Below, piece by piece: positions 40,490-51,330 of a stretch of 64,000 bases of DNA (position 1 is the first letter of the stretch; every line of letters starts with the position of its first letter). The translations under genes were made by a program, and so were the position numbers. The DNA is taken from the NCBI GenBank assembly GCA_965217865.1, contig CBDCJO010000001.1:384001-448000 (forward strand), written 5' to 3'. The notes below the pieces were generated by a model that ran no database searches, was not told the DNA's origin, and saw only the letters and a program-made list of their open reading frames with translations. The stretch comes from Candidatus Latescibacterota bacterium. Lineage in GTDB: Bacteria; Latescibacterota; UBA2968; SICM01.

Positions 40490-42888
40490 GTGCGACGCCC
40501 AGCCCTCTTTATTGCCACTTGTTTCATCCTGGGCTTGTTCGCTGCATCAGCGCTCCGATCCAACCTTCCCTTTGGCGCGGTCCTCTGGCTGCACGCGGGG
40601 ATCATCGGGATCGCAGCCTGTGCACTCCGGTTCAGACCCCACGGGACGATTGTTGTGCAGAGCCTTGTCGGCCTTGCCATCCTTTCGACAGGGTTCGTTC
40701 GTTTTAGGTGTGAAATCCAGATAGGTCAAGGTGACCTGGGTCGAAGGGGCCATTTCGAACAGGAGGCTGGATTTCGGGGGATCGTAACGAACGAACCCTA
40801 CGTCCGCAACGGGAGCATCCGGGCGAAGGTTCAAATCGAAGATAAAACCTTTGGTGGCGTAACTTCGAAGATTCAGGGAAACATACTCCTCCGCGTCCGG
40901 GGAGATCGAAAGGATATCCGATACGGAGACCGGGTCGCCTTTTCCGGAGTCTTGCGTGCCCCCCGGCCGCCCCGAAACCCGGGCGATTTCGATGGCAAGG
41001 CCTACGCCGAGGTTCAGGGGATATCCGGAACCGTCTTTCTCAAACGTTCCGGAGACCTCCGGATTCTCGAACGCGATGCGGGAAATCCCTTTTGGTCGCA
41101 GATCGTCCTTCCTGTCCGTCACGCTGCCCGAAGTGCTATCGAACGAGACATGACCGGAAATCCCTCCGCCTTGCTCAAAGGGGTTCTCCTCGGGGACAGA
41201 CAGGCCTTCCCCCAACGGCTCCTGGACGACTTTGCTGCAACAGGACTGACGCACACCCTTGCCGTTTCGGGGTTCAACGTCGGTATCGTGGCCTTGGTCG
41301 GATTTACGCTTCTTCGCTCACTTTCTCTGGGGCGTCTTCCGACGGCCATGGGCGTGATTCCCCTCCTGATTCTATATGCCTTCGTCACCGGGTTAAGCCC
41401 TTCTGTGGTGAGGGCGACCCTTATGGCGTGTATATTGATTATCGGAACGGTCCTTGAACGAGATGTCGACGTCCTCAACACCCTCGGCTTATCCGCGGTC
41501 ATCCTGCTCTGGATCTGGCCGATGAGCGTGTTCGATCCGGGTTTTCAGCTCTCCTTTGTGGCCACCCTCTCTTTGATCGTTTTGACCCGGCCGATTCTTT
41601 CGCTCATTCAGGATCCGCCCGGATCCAGACCAAAACCTTGGAAGACATGGTTGGCGATGCCCGTGGCCGCATCGGTGGCGGCTCAGGTCGGAAGTATCCC
41701 TGTTGTCGCTTATCATTTCCAAACCGTTTCATTAATCTCGTTCCTTGCAAACCTGCCCACAGCCCCTCTCGTGAGCGCTGCAACCGTCTTGGGTGTCCTG
41801 ACGGCCTTGGTTGGAACCATCCTGCCGATCCTGTCGACATTGATCAATGGAGCCAACTACCTCATCCTAAGACCATGCTCGCGTCCGTGCATTTTTTTGC
41901 CCAGATACCCCATGCGGCCGTGACGGTTTTCGCCCCATCGCCCACGGTCCTATGCATCTACTACCTGGCAGTGGGCTTGATGCTTCCCGACATCCGGAAA
42001 TCCAGATGTGGAAAGCCCCTATTATTCTCCTTACTTCTGCTTTCCAACGGTTTGGTATGGTCAAGGAGTTTCGATCCGGAGCGCGGTCTGGAGATCGTCT
42101 TCCTGGATGTGGGTCAGGGCGACAGCGCCTTTATTCGATTCCCGGACGGCAAGACGATGCTTATCGATGGAGGGATCCGCACTCGATGGTTCGACGTGGG
42201 AGGTCGGATCATTCTCCCCTTCCTTAGAAAACAGGGCATTCGTCACATCGACGTTGTCGTTGCAACCCATCCCGACCTGGACCACATCGGTGGCCTGCTC
42301 GAAATCCTAAAAGAGATCAAAGTCCACCACTATCTGGATAGCGGTCAATCCTCCGCTACCTGGGCAGCTACACGGATACGTGAGGTCGTTGCCGAAAATC
42401 AGATCCCCCACCAGACCCTGGCGGCGGGGGACAGTTTGATCGGTTTAGGTAAGGTCAGCGCTCTGGTCCTCCACCCTGGGACGGAATTCGTTTCACGAGA
42501 TCCCTCACACAAGTCCCCTCTGGGGCCGAATAACGGCTCTGTGGTACTTCGTTTCGGTTACAAGGGAACCGTATTTCTCCTGACCGGAGATATAGAGCGG
42601 TCCGCGGAGAGCTGGTTGATCCGCTGGGGATCCCGAATCAAGGCGAATATCTTAAAAGTCCCCCATCACGGTTCCAGGACGTCATCCACGCTCAGCTTCC
42701 TGTCTGAAGTCTCCCCATCGATTGCCGTTGTCTCCGTCGGGGGAAAAAACCGATTCGGCCATCCGGCTCCCGATGTCCTGGCAAGATATGAAGCGGACGG
42801 TGTCCGGGTATTCCGAACCGATCAACAGGGCGCTATCGTGATGCGGGTGGACGGGGATGGGCTTCAGATCAGGACCTGGTTGCCTTGA
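40490..42888 (+). pseudogene. comEC: ComEC/Rec2 DNA uptake protein, frameshifted near 41870
   Basis: HTLAVSGFNV, SVVRA, GFQLSF, then MBL domain DVGQGD, THPDLDHIGG, KVPHHGS. Confidence 0.88.
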
Positions 42889-43669
42889 ATCAGCAGCCTC
42901 GAACGTCCACACGGAGGGACTGAGTAACCACCCCGCCAAAAGGGCGGGGCATTAACCACTCTCCTCCCCAAGTTCAAATACTTTCATGAATCGATGACTC
43001 TGGCGGGCAGGGGCGCGTATGGGAGGAATTGAAGGAGTGGGGTTTGAGGGTAGACCACTGATCGTTCAAAAAAAGGGCTCCGAAAATCGATCTCGAACGC
43101 CTACTGGTTGCGAAAAAAGAGGGTCATTAAACGATCCCAGTCCGACTTCGGTCAACACCGTCTCCCCCAACGGTGTCGCGCTGTCAACCGGGCATAACCC
43201 ACTAAATTTCCGGAACAGTAGAACTTGACCGATACGGAGCCCTAAAACTCAAAAAATGTTTGGAATGGAGTTGCCTGAAAGGGACCGAATCGGTTGTAAG
43301 ACACCCGAAAACAAGCCCTTCCAAAAGGCCTCAAAAGTGCGGATGGGGTATAATTGTAACCCCTTAATAATCAATCGATTATCTTTTCTTAATCGCAATC
43401 GAAATCGGTTTAGAATATAGGGTCCGCAAATAGGCAAGTCAAGGACAATTTTGAACCCGTTTTGTGAAACAGACGGATGAGCCATGTAACACCTTGAGAG
43501 ATATGAAAATCGTGTCTTAAAAAAAAATGTTCCACATTAAGATCGTCCACTGATAAGATAGAATCATCCACCAACATGGACGGGACCGTGGGAATTTAAT
43601 CCACGCACTCGACGCTTAATGTCGAACCTTTGATCGATTCTCAGTTATCCTCGGTTGGATTAACCGGTT

Positions 43670-44629
43670 TTATTCTTCCCAGACCCCCATTCGATTGAAT
43701 TTTTCCATTCGTTGTTCCAACAATTGATCGGTTGACAGGCTTCGAAGTTCATCCAGCGCGTCGACAATGGCGGACTTCAACGACTCTCCCGCCTTCGTGA
43801 TATCCCGATGGGCCCCCCCAACCGGTTCGGGTACAACCCGATCGATAATCCCTAATCCAACCAGGTCCGAAGCAGTGAGCTGAAGTGCCTCCGCGGCATC
43901 CTCTTTCTTGTCCCGGGTCCGCCAGAGAATCAGCGAACAACCCTCAGGAAGGATGACTGAGAACCACGCGTTCTCCATCATGAGGATTCGATCCCCAACG
44001 CCTATCGCCAGTGCTCCCCCGCTTGCCCCCTCCCCAATTATCGCGACAACGATCGGCGTCGGTAGATGCGACATCTCAAACAAATTTCGAGCGATGGATT
44101 CGGCCTGCCCCCGCTCCTCTGCCCCGACCCCGGGATAGGCCCCTGGCGTATCGATCAGGCAGATTACAGGCCGCCGAAATTTAGCTGCTAACTTCATGAG
44201 TCTCAAGGCCTTACGGTATCCCTCGGGGTGCGCCATCCCGAAGTTGCGATATAAATTATCTTTCGTATTGCGCCCCTTCTGGTGGCCGATCACCATCACT
44301 GGCATCCCATCCAGCCGTGCAAGCCCACCGACGATCGCGTGGTCATCCCCAAAACACCTGTCCCCGTGGAGTTCCTTAAACTCCGGCATGATCATCTGGA
44401 TGTAGTCCAGCGTATAAGGCCGCTTGGGATGCCGGGCAATCTGGACACGCTGCCATCTCGAGAGATTTGAATAGATCTCCTGTTGCACTTTCTGTGCTTT
44501 ATCCTCCAACTTCTTCACCTCTTCTGACATATCCATCCCCTCTTCGGAGGCATAAGCCTTTAACTCCTCAATCTTTTTTACAAGTTCTGCGAGGGGACGC
44601 TCGAAATCAAGAAAATAGTTCTGATTCAT
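43670..44629 (-). CDS. accA: Acetyl-CoA carboxylase carboxyltransferase alpha subunit
   Basis: [29 protein letters not shown]. Confidence 0.97.
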   Translation of the reverse strand: MNQNYFLDFERPLAELVKKIEELKAYASEEGMDMSEEVKKLEDKAQKVQQEIYSNLSRWQRVQIARHPKRPYTLDYIQMIMPEFKELHGDRCFGDDHAIVGGLARLDGMPVMVIGHQKGRNTKDNLYRNFGMAHPEGYRKALRLMKLAAKFRRPVICLIDTPGAYPGVGAEERGQAESIARNLFEMSHLPTPIVVAIIGEGASGGALAIGVGDRILMMENAWFSVILPEGCSLILWRTRDKKEDAAEALQLTASDLVGLGIIDRVVPEPVGGAHRDITKAGESLKSAIVDALDELRSLSTDQLLEQRMEKFNRMGVWEE

Positions 44630-44738
44630 GACAACCTCGAATAATCCATCCCGAGAAGGAAAGGGCTGAGAATTTCGTGAAGCGATACCCTATCATTCCA
44701 CGCCCGATTACTTTCCTCCCCTATCCTCTTTGAATCCT

Positions 44739-45932
44739 CTACCCGGAAAGCCTGCTAACCCCCTCCTCGATCCGGTCCAATGCCTTTCGGATGTTTTCCA
44801 TTGAGGTGGCATAGGAGACCCGCATATGGCCATCCATACCGAAACCGCTTCCTGGAACGCACGAGACCCCCATCTCTTGCAGAAGAAAATTACAGAGGTC
44901 CAGGGAGCTCTCGACTTTCCAATCTCCGTAATGAGAACCATAGACTTCCGACATATTCGGAAAAACGTAAAAAGCCCCATCGGGTTTCATGCAGCTGATA
45001 CCTGAAATTCCATTCAAACGGTCAACGATATAATCCCGTCGCTCCTCGAAAGCCCCCCGCATCTGTTCGACACTCCTCTGGGGGCCATTCAGCGCCGTCA
45101 GAGCCGCCGCCTGGGAAATCGATGAGGGATTCGAGGTCTCCTGGCTCTCCAGCTTGGCCATCAGGGAGATGACCTCCTTCGGACCAGCCGCATAGCCGAT
45201 CCGCCATCCGGTCATCGCATAGGCTTTGGACACGCCGTTCACAAGGATCGTCCTGGCCTTCATGGCCTCTCCCATCTGGGCGATCGAAAAGAAGGGCACC
45301 CCGTAAATGATCTTCTCGTAGATCTCATCGGAAATGACATACACTTCTGAATCGGCTAAAACCTCTGCAAGCCCCGAGAGTTCATCCTCTGAATAGACCA
45401 CGCCGTGCGGGTTGCTGGGGCTGTTCATGATCAGAAGCTTCGTTCGGGACGAAATGACCCCACGCAGTTCATCAGGGGTCATTTTGAGCCCGTTTTCCGG
45501 CCTGGTCTCCACAACGACGGCTTTCCCTCCCATCAGCTTCACCTGGTCCACATAACTGACCCAATATGGGGCCGGGATGATCGCCTCGTCCCCCTCGTTG
45601 ATCAGGGACATGGCGGCATCAAAGATCGTGTGTTTGGCCCCGCAGTTTACGACCACTTGGGTAGGATCGTATTTCAACCCGTTGTCCCTTTCGAGCTTGT
45701 CGCAGATCGCCCGTTTTAGCTCAGGGATTCCTGTGGCCTGGGTATATTTTGTGAATCCATCTTCTATGGCCTTGATGGCGCCATCCTTAATGTACTGTGG
45801 TGTGTCGAAATCCGGCTCCCCGGCATCCATAGAGACCACGTCGATCCCTTCCGCCCGCATCGCCTTTGCCTTAGCAGAGACCGCCATGGTGACCGACTCT
45901 TCAATCCCCAACACGCGTTTGGACAGCGCCAT
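44739..45932 (-). CDS. Aspartate aminotransferase (class I/II PLP)
   Basis: GEPDFDTP, NSPSNP, SDEIY, SKAYAMTGWRIG. Confidence 0.9.
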   Translation of the reverse strand: MALSKRVLGIEESVTMAVSAKAKAMRAEGIDVVSMDAGEPDFDTPQYIKDGAIKAIEDGFTKYTQATGIPELKRAICDKLERDNGLKYDPTQVVVNCGAKHTIFDAAMSLINEGDEAIIPAPYWVSYVDQVKLMGGKAVVVETRPENGLKMTPDELRGVISSRTKLLIMNSPSNPHGVVYSEDELSGLAEVLADSEVYVISDEIYEKIIYGVPFFSIAQMGEAMKARTILVNGVSKAYAMTGWRIGYAAGPKEVISLMAKLESQETSNPSSISQAAALTALNGPQRSVEQMRGAFEERRDYIVDRLNGISGISCMKPDGAFYVFPNMSEVYGSHYGDWKVESSLDLCNFLLQEMGVSCVPGSGFGMDGHMRVSYATSMENIRKALDRIEEGVSRLSG

Positions 45933-45989
45933 AAATAAATCCTCTCAAAAATCAGTGAAGCGTATCTCGTCGGAGCCCGCTTCACGAGT

Positions 45990-47192
45990 TTATGTTGTAT
46001 ACTCGGCGTTGATCTTCACATACTCATAACTGAAATCGCACGTATAGGCCTCGGCGCTTTCGGATCCTTCCCCGAGATCGATCTCGATCAGGACGTCCCT
46101 GGCCGACAGGGCTTCTATAGCTTTTCCATGGTCGAAGGAAACGGGACCCCCGTGGACGAATATCGGAATGCCTGCCATCGAAACCTTTACCCGGTTCGGA
46201 TCCAGATCCACCCCCGAATAGCCTGCAGCGCAAAGGATCCTTCCCCAGTTGGGGTCACGGCCGAAGATTGCGGTCTTCACCAGGTTTGAATTCGCTATGG
46301 CCATTCCCACCGCTTTCGCATCTGGAAAATGACGTGCGGATGTCACCCGAACCGTCACGAATTTTGTCGCTCCCTCGCCGTCCATAGCGATCTTTTTGGC
46401 CAGATCGACCGTAAGAGCATTCAGCCCCTCACGGAAAATTTCCGCCTCACGTGACCCCTCCGAATCAACCCGAAAACCCGATTCCCCGTTCGCCATCAGG
46501 ATCACGGTGTCGTTGGTGCTCGTGTCCCCGTCCACGGTCACCATATTATACGACTTATCAACAGACTCACTGAGCAAAACCTTCAACAACCCGGGCTCGA
46601 CCTCGGCATCCGTCGTCAGAAAAGACAACATGGTCCCCATATTCGGGGCGATCATGCCCGATCCTTTTGCAATCCCCCCCTGGGAAACGATCTTTCCCCC
46701 AGCACGGAATTGAACGGCGGACTGTTTCGGCACGGTGTCCGTCGTCATGATCGCCGCCGCCGCATCCTCGCCTCCGCTCTCACTGAGGCACTGGACCGCC
46801 TTCTGGATACCGGGTTCCACCACCTCCATCGGCAATTGAACACCGATAACCCCGGTCGAAGCCACCAGCACGTTTTTCACCCTCAGACCCATGGCGTCCG
46901 CTGCCACCTCCGCCATCCGGCGCGCATCCTTCATTCCCTGAACTCCCGTACAGCAATTGGCGTTCCCGCTGTTAATGACCACAGCTTGAGGGTGCCCTTC
47001 GGCCATATGCTCCTGGGTCACAAGAAGAGGGGCGGCCTTGACCTGGTTCCGGGTGAATACCCCTGCCGTATTGCAGGGAACCTTCGAAAAGATCAGTGCA
47101 AGGTCCTTATCCTCAGAAGGCTTGATCCCGGCCGAAATCCCGGAAGCCTGGAACCCTTTGGGCGAGGTGACGGAACCGGAAATCGTATTCAA
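45990..47192 (-). CDS. argJ: Bifunctional ornithine acetyltransferase/N-acetylglutamate synthase
   Basis: NSGNAN, KGSGMIAPNMGTML, DGDTSTND, DGEGATK. Confidence 0.96.
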   Translation of the reverse strand: MNTISGSVTSPKGFQASGISAGIKPSEDKDLALIFSKVPCNTAGVFTRNQVKAAPLLVTQEHMAEGHPQAVVINSGNANCCTGVQGMKDARRMAEVAADAMGLRVKNVLVASTGVIGVQLPMEVVEPGIQKAVQCLSESGGEDAAAAIMTTDTVPKQSAVQFRAGGKIVSQGGIAKGSGMIAPNMGTMLSFLTTDAEVEPGLLKVLLSESVDKSYNMVTVDGDTSTNDTVILMANGESGFRVDSEGSREAEIFREGLNALTVDLAKKIAMDGEGATKFVTVRVTSARHFPDAKAVGMAIANSNLVKTAIFGRDPNWGRILCAAGYSGVDLDPNRVKVSMAGIPIFVHGGPVSFDHGKAIEALSARDVLIEIDLGEGSESAEAYTCDFSYEYVKINAEYTT

Positions 47193-47316
47193 AGCCCCTC
47201 TTTATAAGTGAAGGATGAGAAATTCCGGGAACGCATCGAAAGGAAAGGTTCTCGTAATCTTGTGATTCGGTTCTGTAAGAACGGATTTAAAGTTCCAGTT
47301 TCCGATTATTTTGTCA

Positions 47317-48495
47317 TCACGATAATCTTAGGCATTTCTTGATGTTCCGAACCGCCTGCTGGATCCGTTGTTCGTTTTCCACGAGTGAAATGCGCACATA
47401 CCCCTCCCCCATATCTCCAAATCCGATCCCGGGGGAGACCGCGACTTCGGCCTCTTCCATCAACTTCATCGCGAATTTCATCGAACCCAACGCACGATAT
47501 CGATCCGGGATCGGCGCCCATACAAACATCGTGGCCCTGGGCTTGAGAATCGGCCACCCGATCCGGTTCAGGCCCCGGACCAGGACATCCCGCCGTTTTT
47601 GATACATCGCAGTCGCGCCCTTCACGCAATCTTGAGGTCCGTCCAGGGCCGAAATTGCCGCAACCTGGATCGGTGTGAAGATCCCATAGTCGAGGTAGCT
47701 TTTGACCCTTGCAAGGGCCTCGATCACGTCCTGATTTCCCGCACAGAACCCCACCCGCCATCCGGCCATGCTGTAGGACTTGGACATCGATAAAAACTCC
47801 ACACCCACATCCCGGGCGCCCGGGGCCTCCAAAAAACTCGGTGCAACGTAACCATCGAACGTGATGTCTGAATAGGCCAGATCGTGGACGACGATAATCT
47901 TTCGTTTCCGGGCAAAGCTCACGATCTCCTCGAAGAATGACAAGTCCACGGTTGCGGTCGTGGGGTTGTGGGGGAAGTTGAATATCATCACCTTTGGCTG
48001 GGGCCAGACCTCCCGCGTGATCATTTCCATCTCCGGGACGAATTCCTTCTCCGGCTTGAGAGGGATGCTCAGCACGTTTCCCCCGGCGATCGTCACCCCA
48101 TAGATATGGATCGGATAGGCCGGGTTCGGAACCACGGCCAGATCGCCTGGGTCCAGGAGGGCGAGACAAATGTGACCCAACCCCTCCTTCGATCCGATCG
48201 TGGCGATTACCTCTCGCTCCCAGTCCAGATCCACCCCAAAACGTCGCTTGTAATGCCGACAGATCGCCTTCCGAAGCCCTGCGATTCCTCGAGACTCGGA
48301 ATAGCGATGTACCTTCTCGTCGGTGACGACCTCACACAGTTTATCGATGATGTGGGGCGGGGCGGGTTGATCGGGATTCCCCATGCCCAGATCGATGATA
48401 TCGACCCCCTCCTGCCGGAGTTTATGTTTGAGCGCATTGATCTGCGCAAAGACATAGGGGGGGAGCCGCTGGAGCCTTTTCGTATCGATGACCAT
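47317..48495 (-). CDS. Class I/II aminotransferase, AlaC-like
   Basis: RLPPYVF, DLGMGNPD, IGSKEG, SKSYSMAGWRVG, LVENEQRIQQA. Confidence 0.88.
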   Translation of the reverse strand: MVIDTKRLQRLPPYVFAQINALKHKLRQEGVDIIDLGMGNPDQPAPPHIIDKLCEVVTDEKVHRYSESRGIAGLRKAICRHYKRRFGVDLDWEREVIATIGSKEGLGHICLALLDPGDLAVVPNPAYPIHIYGVTIAGGNVLSIPLKPEKEFVPEMEMITREVWPQPKVMIFNFPHNPTTATVDLSFFEEIVSFARKRKIIVVHDLAYSDITFDGYVAPSFLEAPGARDVGVEFLSMSKSYSMAGWRVGFCAGNQDVIEALARVKSYLDYGIFTPIQVAAISALDGPQDCVKGATAMYQKRRDVLVRGLNRIGWPILKPRATMFVWAPIPDRYRALGSMKFAMKLMEEAEVAVSPGIGFGDMGEGYVRISLVENEQRIQQAVRNIKKCLRLS

Positions 48496-48552
48496 TATTT
48501 ACGCAATTAGAATCTATGGGCTTGTCAAGCCCATGAATTCTAATTGCCTTAT

Positions 48553-50178
48553 TTATTCTTCCTTCTGGTCACTGGCGAGGGTGTTTTGACCCACGACCCC
48601 GTCCTTCAACAGCTTGTAACTCAGACTGTCCACCAGGGCGATCCAGCTGGCTTCGATCAGGTTCTCGGAGACGCCCACGGTTCCCCAGAGGTCCACACCG
48701 TCCGACGATTCGATCAACACCCGGACTTTCGCCGCGGTTCCATCGCGGCTGGACAAGTCCCGCACCTTATAATCCAGCAGGTGGACCTCCCCCAGCGTCG
48801 GATAGGTCCCTTCCAGGGCCCGGCGAAGGGCGCGGTCAAGGGCGTTGACCGGACCGTCCCCCTCAGCAACGGTATGTTGAACCTCACCGTTTACCCGGAT
48901 CTTGACGATCGCCTCGATCACCGTCTCCCGATCGTCCTTTATGATCACAGTCCGGTAGCTGATCAGCTCAAACGGATCCTTGTAGAGTCCCATCGCCTTA
49001 CGGGCCAGCACTTCGAAGGATCCCTCGGCGGCTTCGAAGACATAACCTTCATTCTCCTTCAACTTCACCGCGTCCAGGACAGCCCCGACCTCGGGGTCTT
49101 GTTTTTTGATTCCCGGTTTCAATTTCTCCAGTTTGCTGACGATCACGCCCCCGCCCGACTGGTCCGACACGAGAAATCTCCGTGAATTTCCTACCGCCTC
49201 GGGATCTATGTGTTCGAACGACCGCGATATCTTCATCACGCCGTCGACGTGCGCCCCCCCCTTGTGGGCAAAGGCGCTTTCCCCCACGTAAGGCTGCCGA
49301 TGGTCGTGATAGACGTTTGCCAACTCGCTTACGAAACGGGAGACCTCCATGACCTCCGTCAGCTTTTCTTTCCCGATGCAGGTCTTTTCCAGCTTAAGTT
49401 CGATCGTGGGGATGATCGAACACAGGTTGGCGTTCCCGCACCTTTCCCCGTATCCGTTTATAGTGCCCTGTACCTGAACCGCTCCCAACTCTACCGCGGC
49501 GATCGTGTTGGCCGCGCCCATACCCCCGTCGTTGTGGGTGTGGATTCCGAACGGGATATCGATCTCTTTCTTGGTTTTCCCAACGATTCGGCAGACTTCA
49601 GAGGTCAGGGTCCCCCCGTTCGTGTCGCACAGGATCAGGATGTCCGCACCTCCTCTTTGTGCGGCTTGGAGAGTTGCTAAAGCGTATTTGGGATTCTCCT
49701 TATATCCGTCGAAAAAATGCTCCGCGTCGAAGACGACCTCCCTGCCATGGCTCTTCAGATAGGCAACCGAATCCTGGATCAAATCGAGATTCTGTTCAGG
49801 GGTGGTCCGCAGTACCCGGGTGACGTGAAGGTCCCAGGATTTGCCGAAGATGGCGACGATCTCCGTCTCTGCCCCCAGGAGGGTGTTCAGGATCGCATCC
49901 TTCTCAGGGACATTCGAGGCACGGCGAGTGCTCCCGAATGCGGTGACTCTGGCGTTGTTGAAATTTTGTTCCTTTGCCCTGATGAAAAACTCCAAATCCT
50001 TCGGATTAGTCGGATTTGGCCAACCCCCTTCGATATAATGAATCCCCAGATCGTCCAACCGACCCGCAATCAACAACTTGTCTTTGACCGAGAATGCGAT
50101 GCCCTCTGCCTGGGCTCCATCCCGGAGCGTAGAATCGTATATCCGAACGAGATCCGACATAGATGCTTCCGGTTTCAA
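48553..50178 (-). CDS. cimA: Citramalate synthase
   Basis: YDSTLRDGAQ, FDAEHFFDG, AFAHKGG, WGTVGVSENLIEASW. Confidence 0.92.
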   Translation of the reverse strand: MKPEASMSDLVRIYDSTLRDGAQAEGIAFSVKDKLLIAGRLDDLGIHYIEGGWPNPTNPKDLEFFIRAKEQNFNNARVTAFGSTRRASNVPEKDAILNTLLGAETEIVAIFGKSWDLHVTRVLRTTPEQNLDLIQDSVAYLKSHGREVVFDAEHFFDGYKENPKYALATLQAAQRGGADILILCDTNGGTLTSEVCRIVGKTKKEIDIPFGIHTHNDGGMGAANTIAAVELGAVQVQGTINGYGERCGNANLCSIIPTIELKLEKTCIGKEKLTEVMEVSRFVSELANVYHDHRQPYVGESAFAHKGGAHVDGVMKISRSFEHIDPEAVGNSRRFLVSDQSGGGVIVSKLEKLKPGIKKQDPEVGAVLDAVKLKENEGYVFEAAEGSFEVLARKAMGLYKDPFELISYRTVIIKDDRETVIEAIVKIRVNGEVQHTVAEGDGPVNALDRALRRALEGTYPTLGEVHLLDYKVRDLSSRDGTAAKVRVLIESSDGVDLWGTVGVSENLIEASWIALVDSLSYKLLKDGVVGQNTLASDQKEE

Positions 50179-50208
50179 TTGGTTGGCTTTGAACCCGCCC
50201 GCATGGCC

Positions 50209-51273
50209 TTACCCCACGGCGACGGCATCGGCGACCAGATCGCCGACCTGGCTGGTCGTATAGCCCATCTTGCCCGCGGAAAGGCTTTTCAGTTTTTGGC
50301 TGACGACCTCGATGATCGCATTTTCCAATATTTGAGCGCCCTTGTCCTCGCCCAATTGCGCGATCATCATCTGACAGGCCGCGATTGCGGCGATGGGATT
50401 TATAACGTTCTGACCCGTATATCGAGGTGCTGAGCCGCCGATCGGTTCGAACATCGAAACGCCCTCCGGGTTGATGTTTCCGCCCGCGGCGACCCCCATC
50501 CCCCCCTGGATCATGGCACCCAGATCCGTGATGATATCCCCGAAGATATTATCGGTCACAATTACATCGAACCACTCCGGGTTCTTCACCATCCACATGC
50601 AGGTCGCATCTACGTGCGCATAGTCCCGTTCGATTTCCGGATAGTCCGCCTGGCCCACCTCGTGAAACGTCCTCTCCCACAAATCAAACGCGAAGGTCAG
50701 GACATTCGTCTTACCGCAGAGGGTCAGCTTATTATCCTTTTCCCGCTTCCGGGTCGTCTTGAAGGCATATCGGACACATCGCTCCACGCCCTTGCGGGTG
50801 TTGATCGACTCCTGGACGGCGACCTCATCCGGGGTTCCCCGTTTAAGGAATCCGCCGCTTCCCGTATAGATGCCTTCTGTGTTCTCCCTCACGACTACAA
50901 AATCGATATGTTCGGGCCCTTTGTCCTTGAGGGGGGTATCCACTCCGGGATATAACTTGACCGGGCGAAGATTGATATACTGATCCAGTTCGAAGCGGGC
51001 CCGGAGCAGGATGCCCTTTTCCAGAATCCCCGGCTTTACATCAGGATGCCCGATTGCCCCCAGGTAGATGACATCGAATTTTCGCAATTCCTCGACAGCC
51101 GAGTCCGGTAAAGTTTCCCCCGTTCGCTTATAGCGTTCTCCCCCAAAGTCGAAGTGGGTCACCTCATACTTGAATCCCACTTTGTTTCCCACCGCATTCA
51201 GACACTTGAGCCCCTCGTCTACGACCTCCGGACCGGTCCCATCTCCAGGGATAACCGCGATCTTGTAAGACAA
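50209..51273 (-). CDS. leuB: 3-isopropylmalate dehydrogenase
   Basis: GDGTGPEV, RENTEG, DNIFGDIITD, FEPIGGSAP. Confidence 0.93.
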   Translation of the reverse strand: MSYKIAVIPGDGTGPEVVDEGLKCLNAVGNKVGFKYEVTHFDFGGERYKRTGETLPDSAVEELRKFDVIYLGAIGHPDVKPGILEKGILLRARFELDQYINLRPVKLYPGVDTPLKDKGPEHIDFVVVRENTEGIYTGSGGFLKRGTPDEVAVQESINTRKGVERCVRYAFKTTRKREKDNKLTLCGKTNVLTFAFDLWERTFHEVGQADYPEIERDYAHVDATCMWMVKNPEWFDVIVTDNIFGDIITDLGAMIQGGMGVAAGGNINPEGVSMFEPIGGSAPRYTGQNVINPIAAIAACQMMIAQLGEDKGAQILENAIIEVVSQKLKSLSAGKMGYTTSQVGDLVADAVAVG

Positions 51274-51330
51274 TGAAACCTCCTGACTACGTTTGAGCCA
51301 ATTTTACATTTTGCATTTTGCTATTCCATT

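Noticed and set aside
42960-43660. Long intergenic region as oriC or an ncRNA
   Set aside because: No DnaA-box cluster or recognisable RNA motif by eye; the short ORFs lack features.
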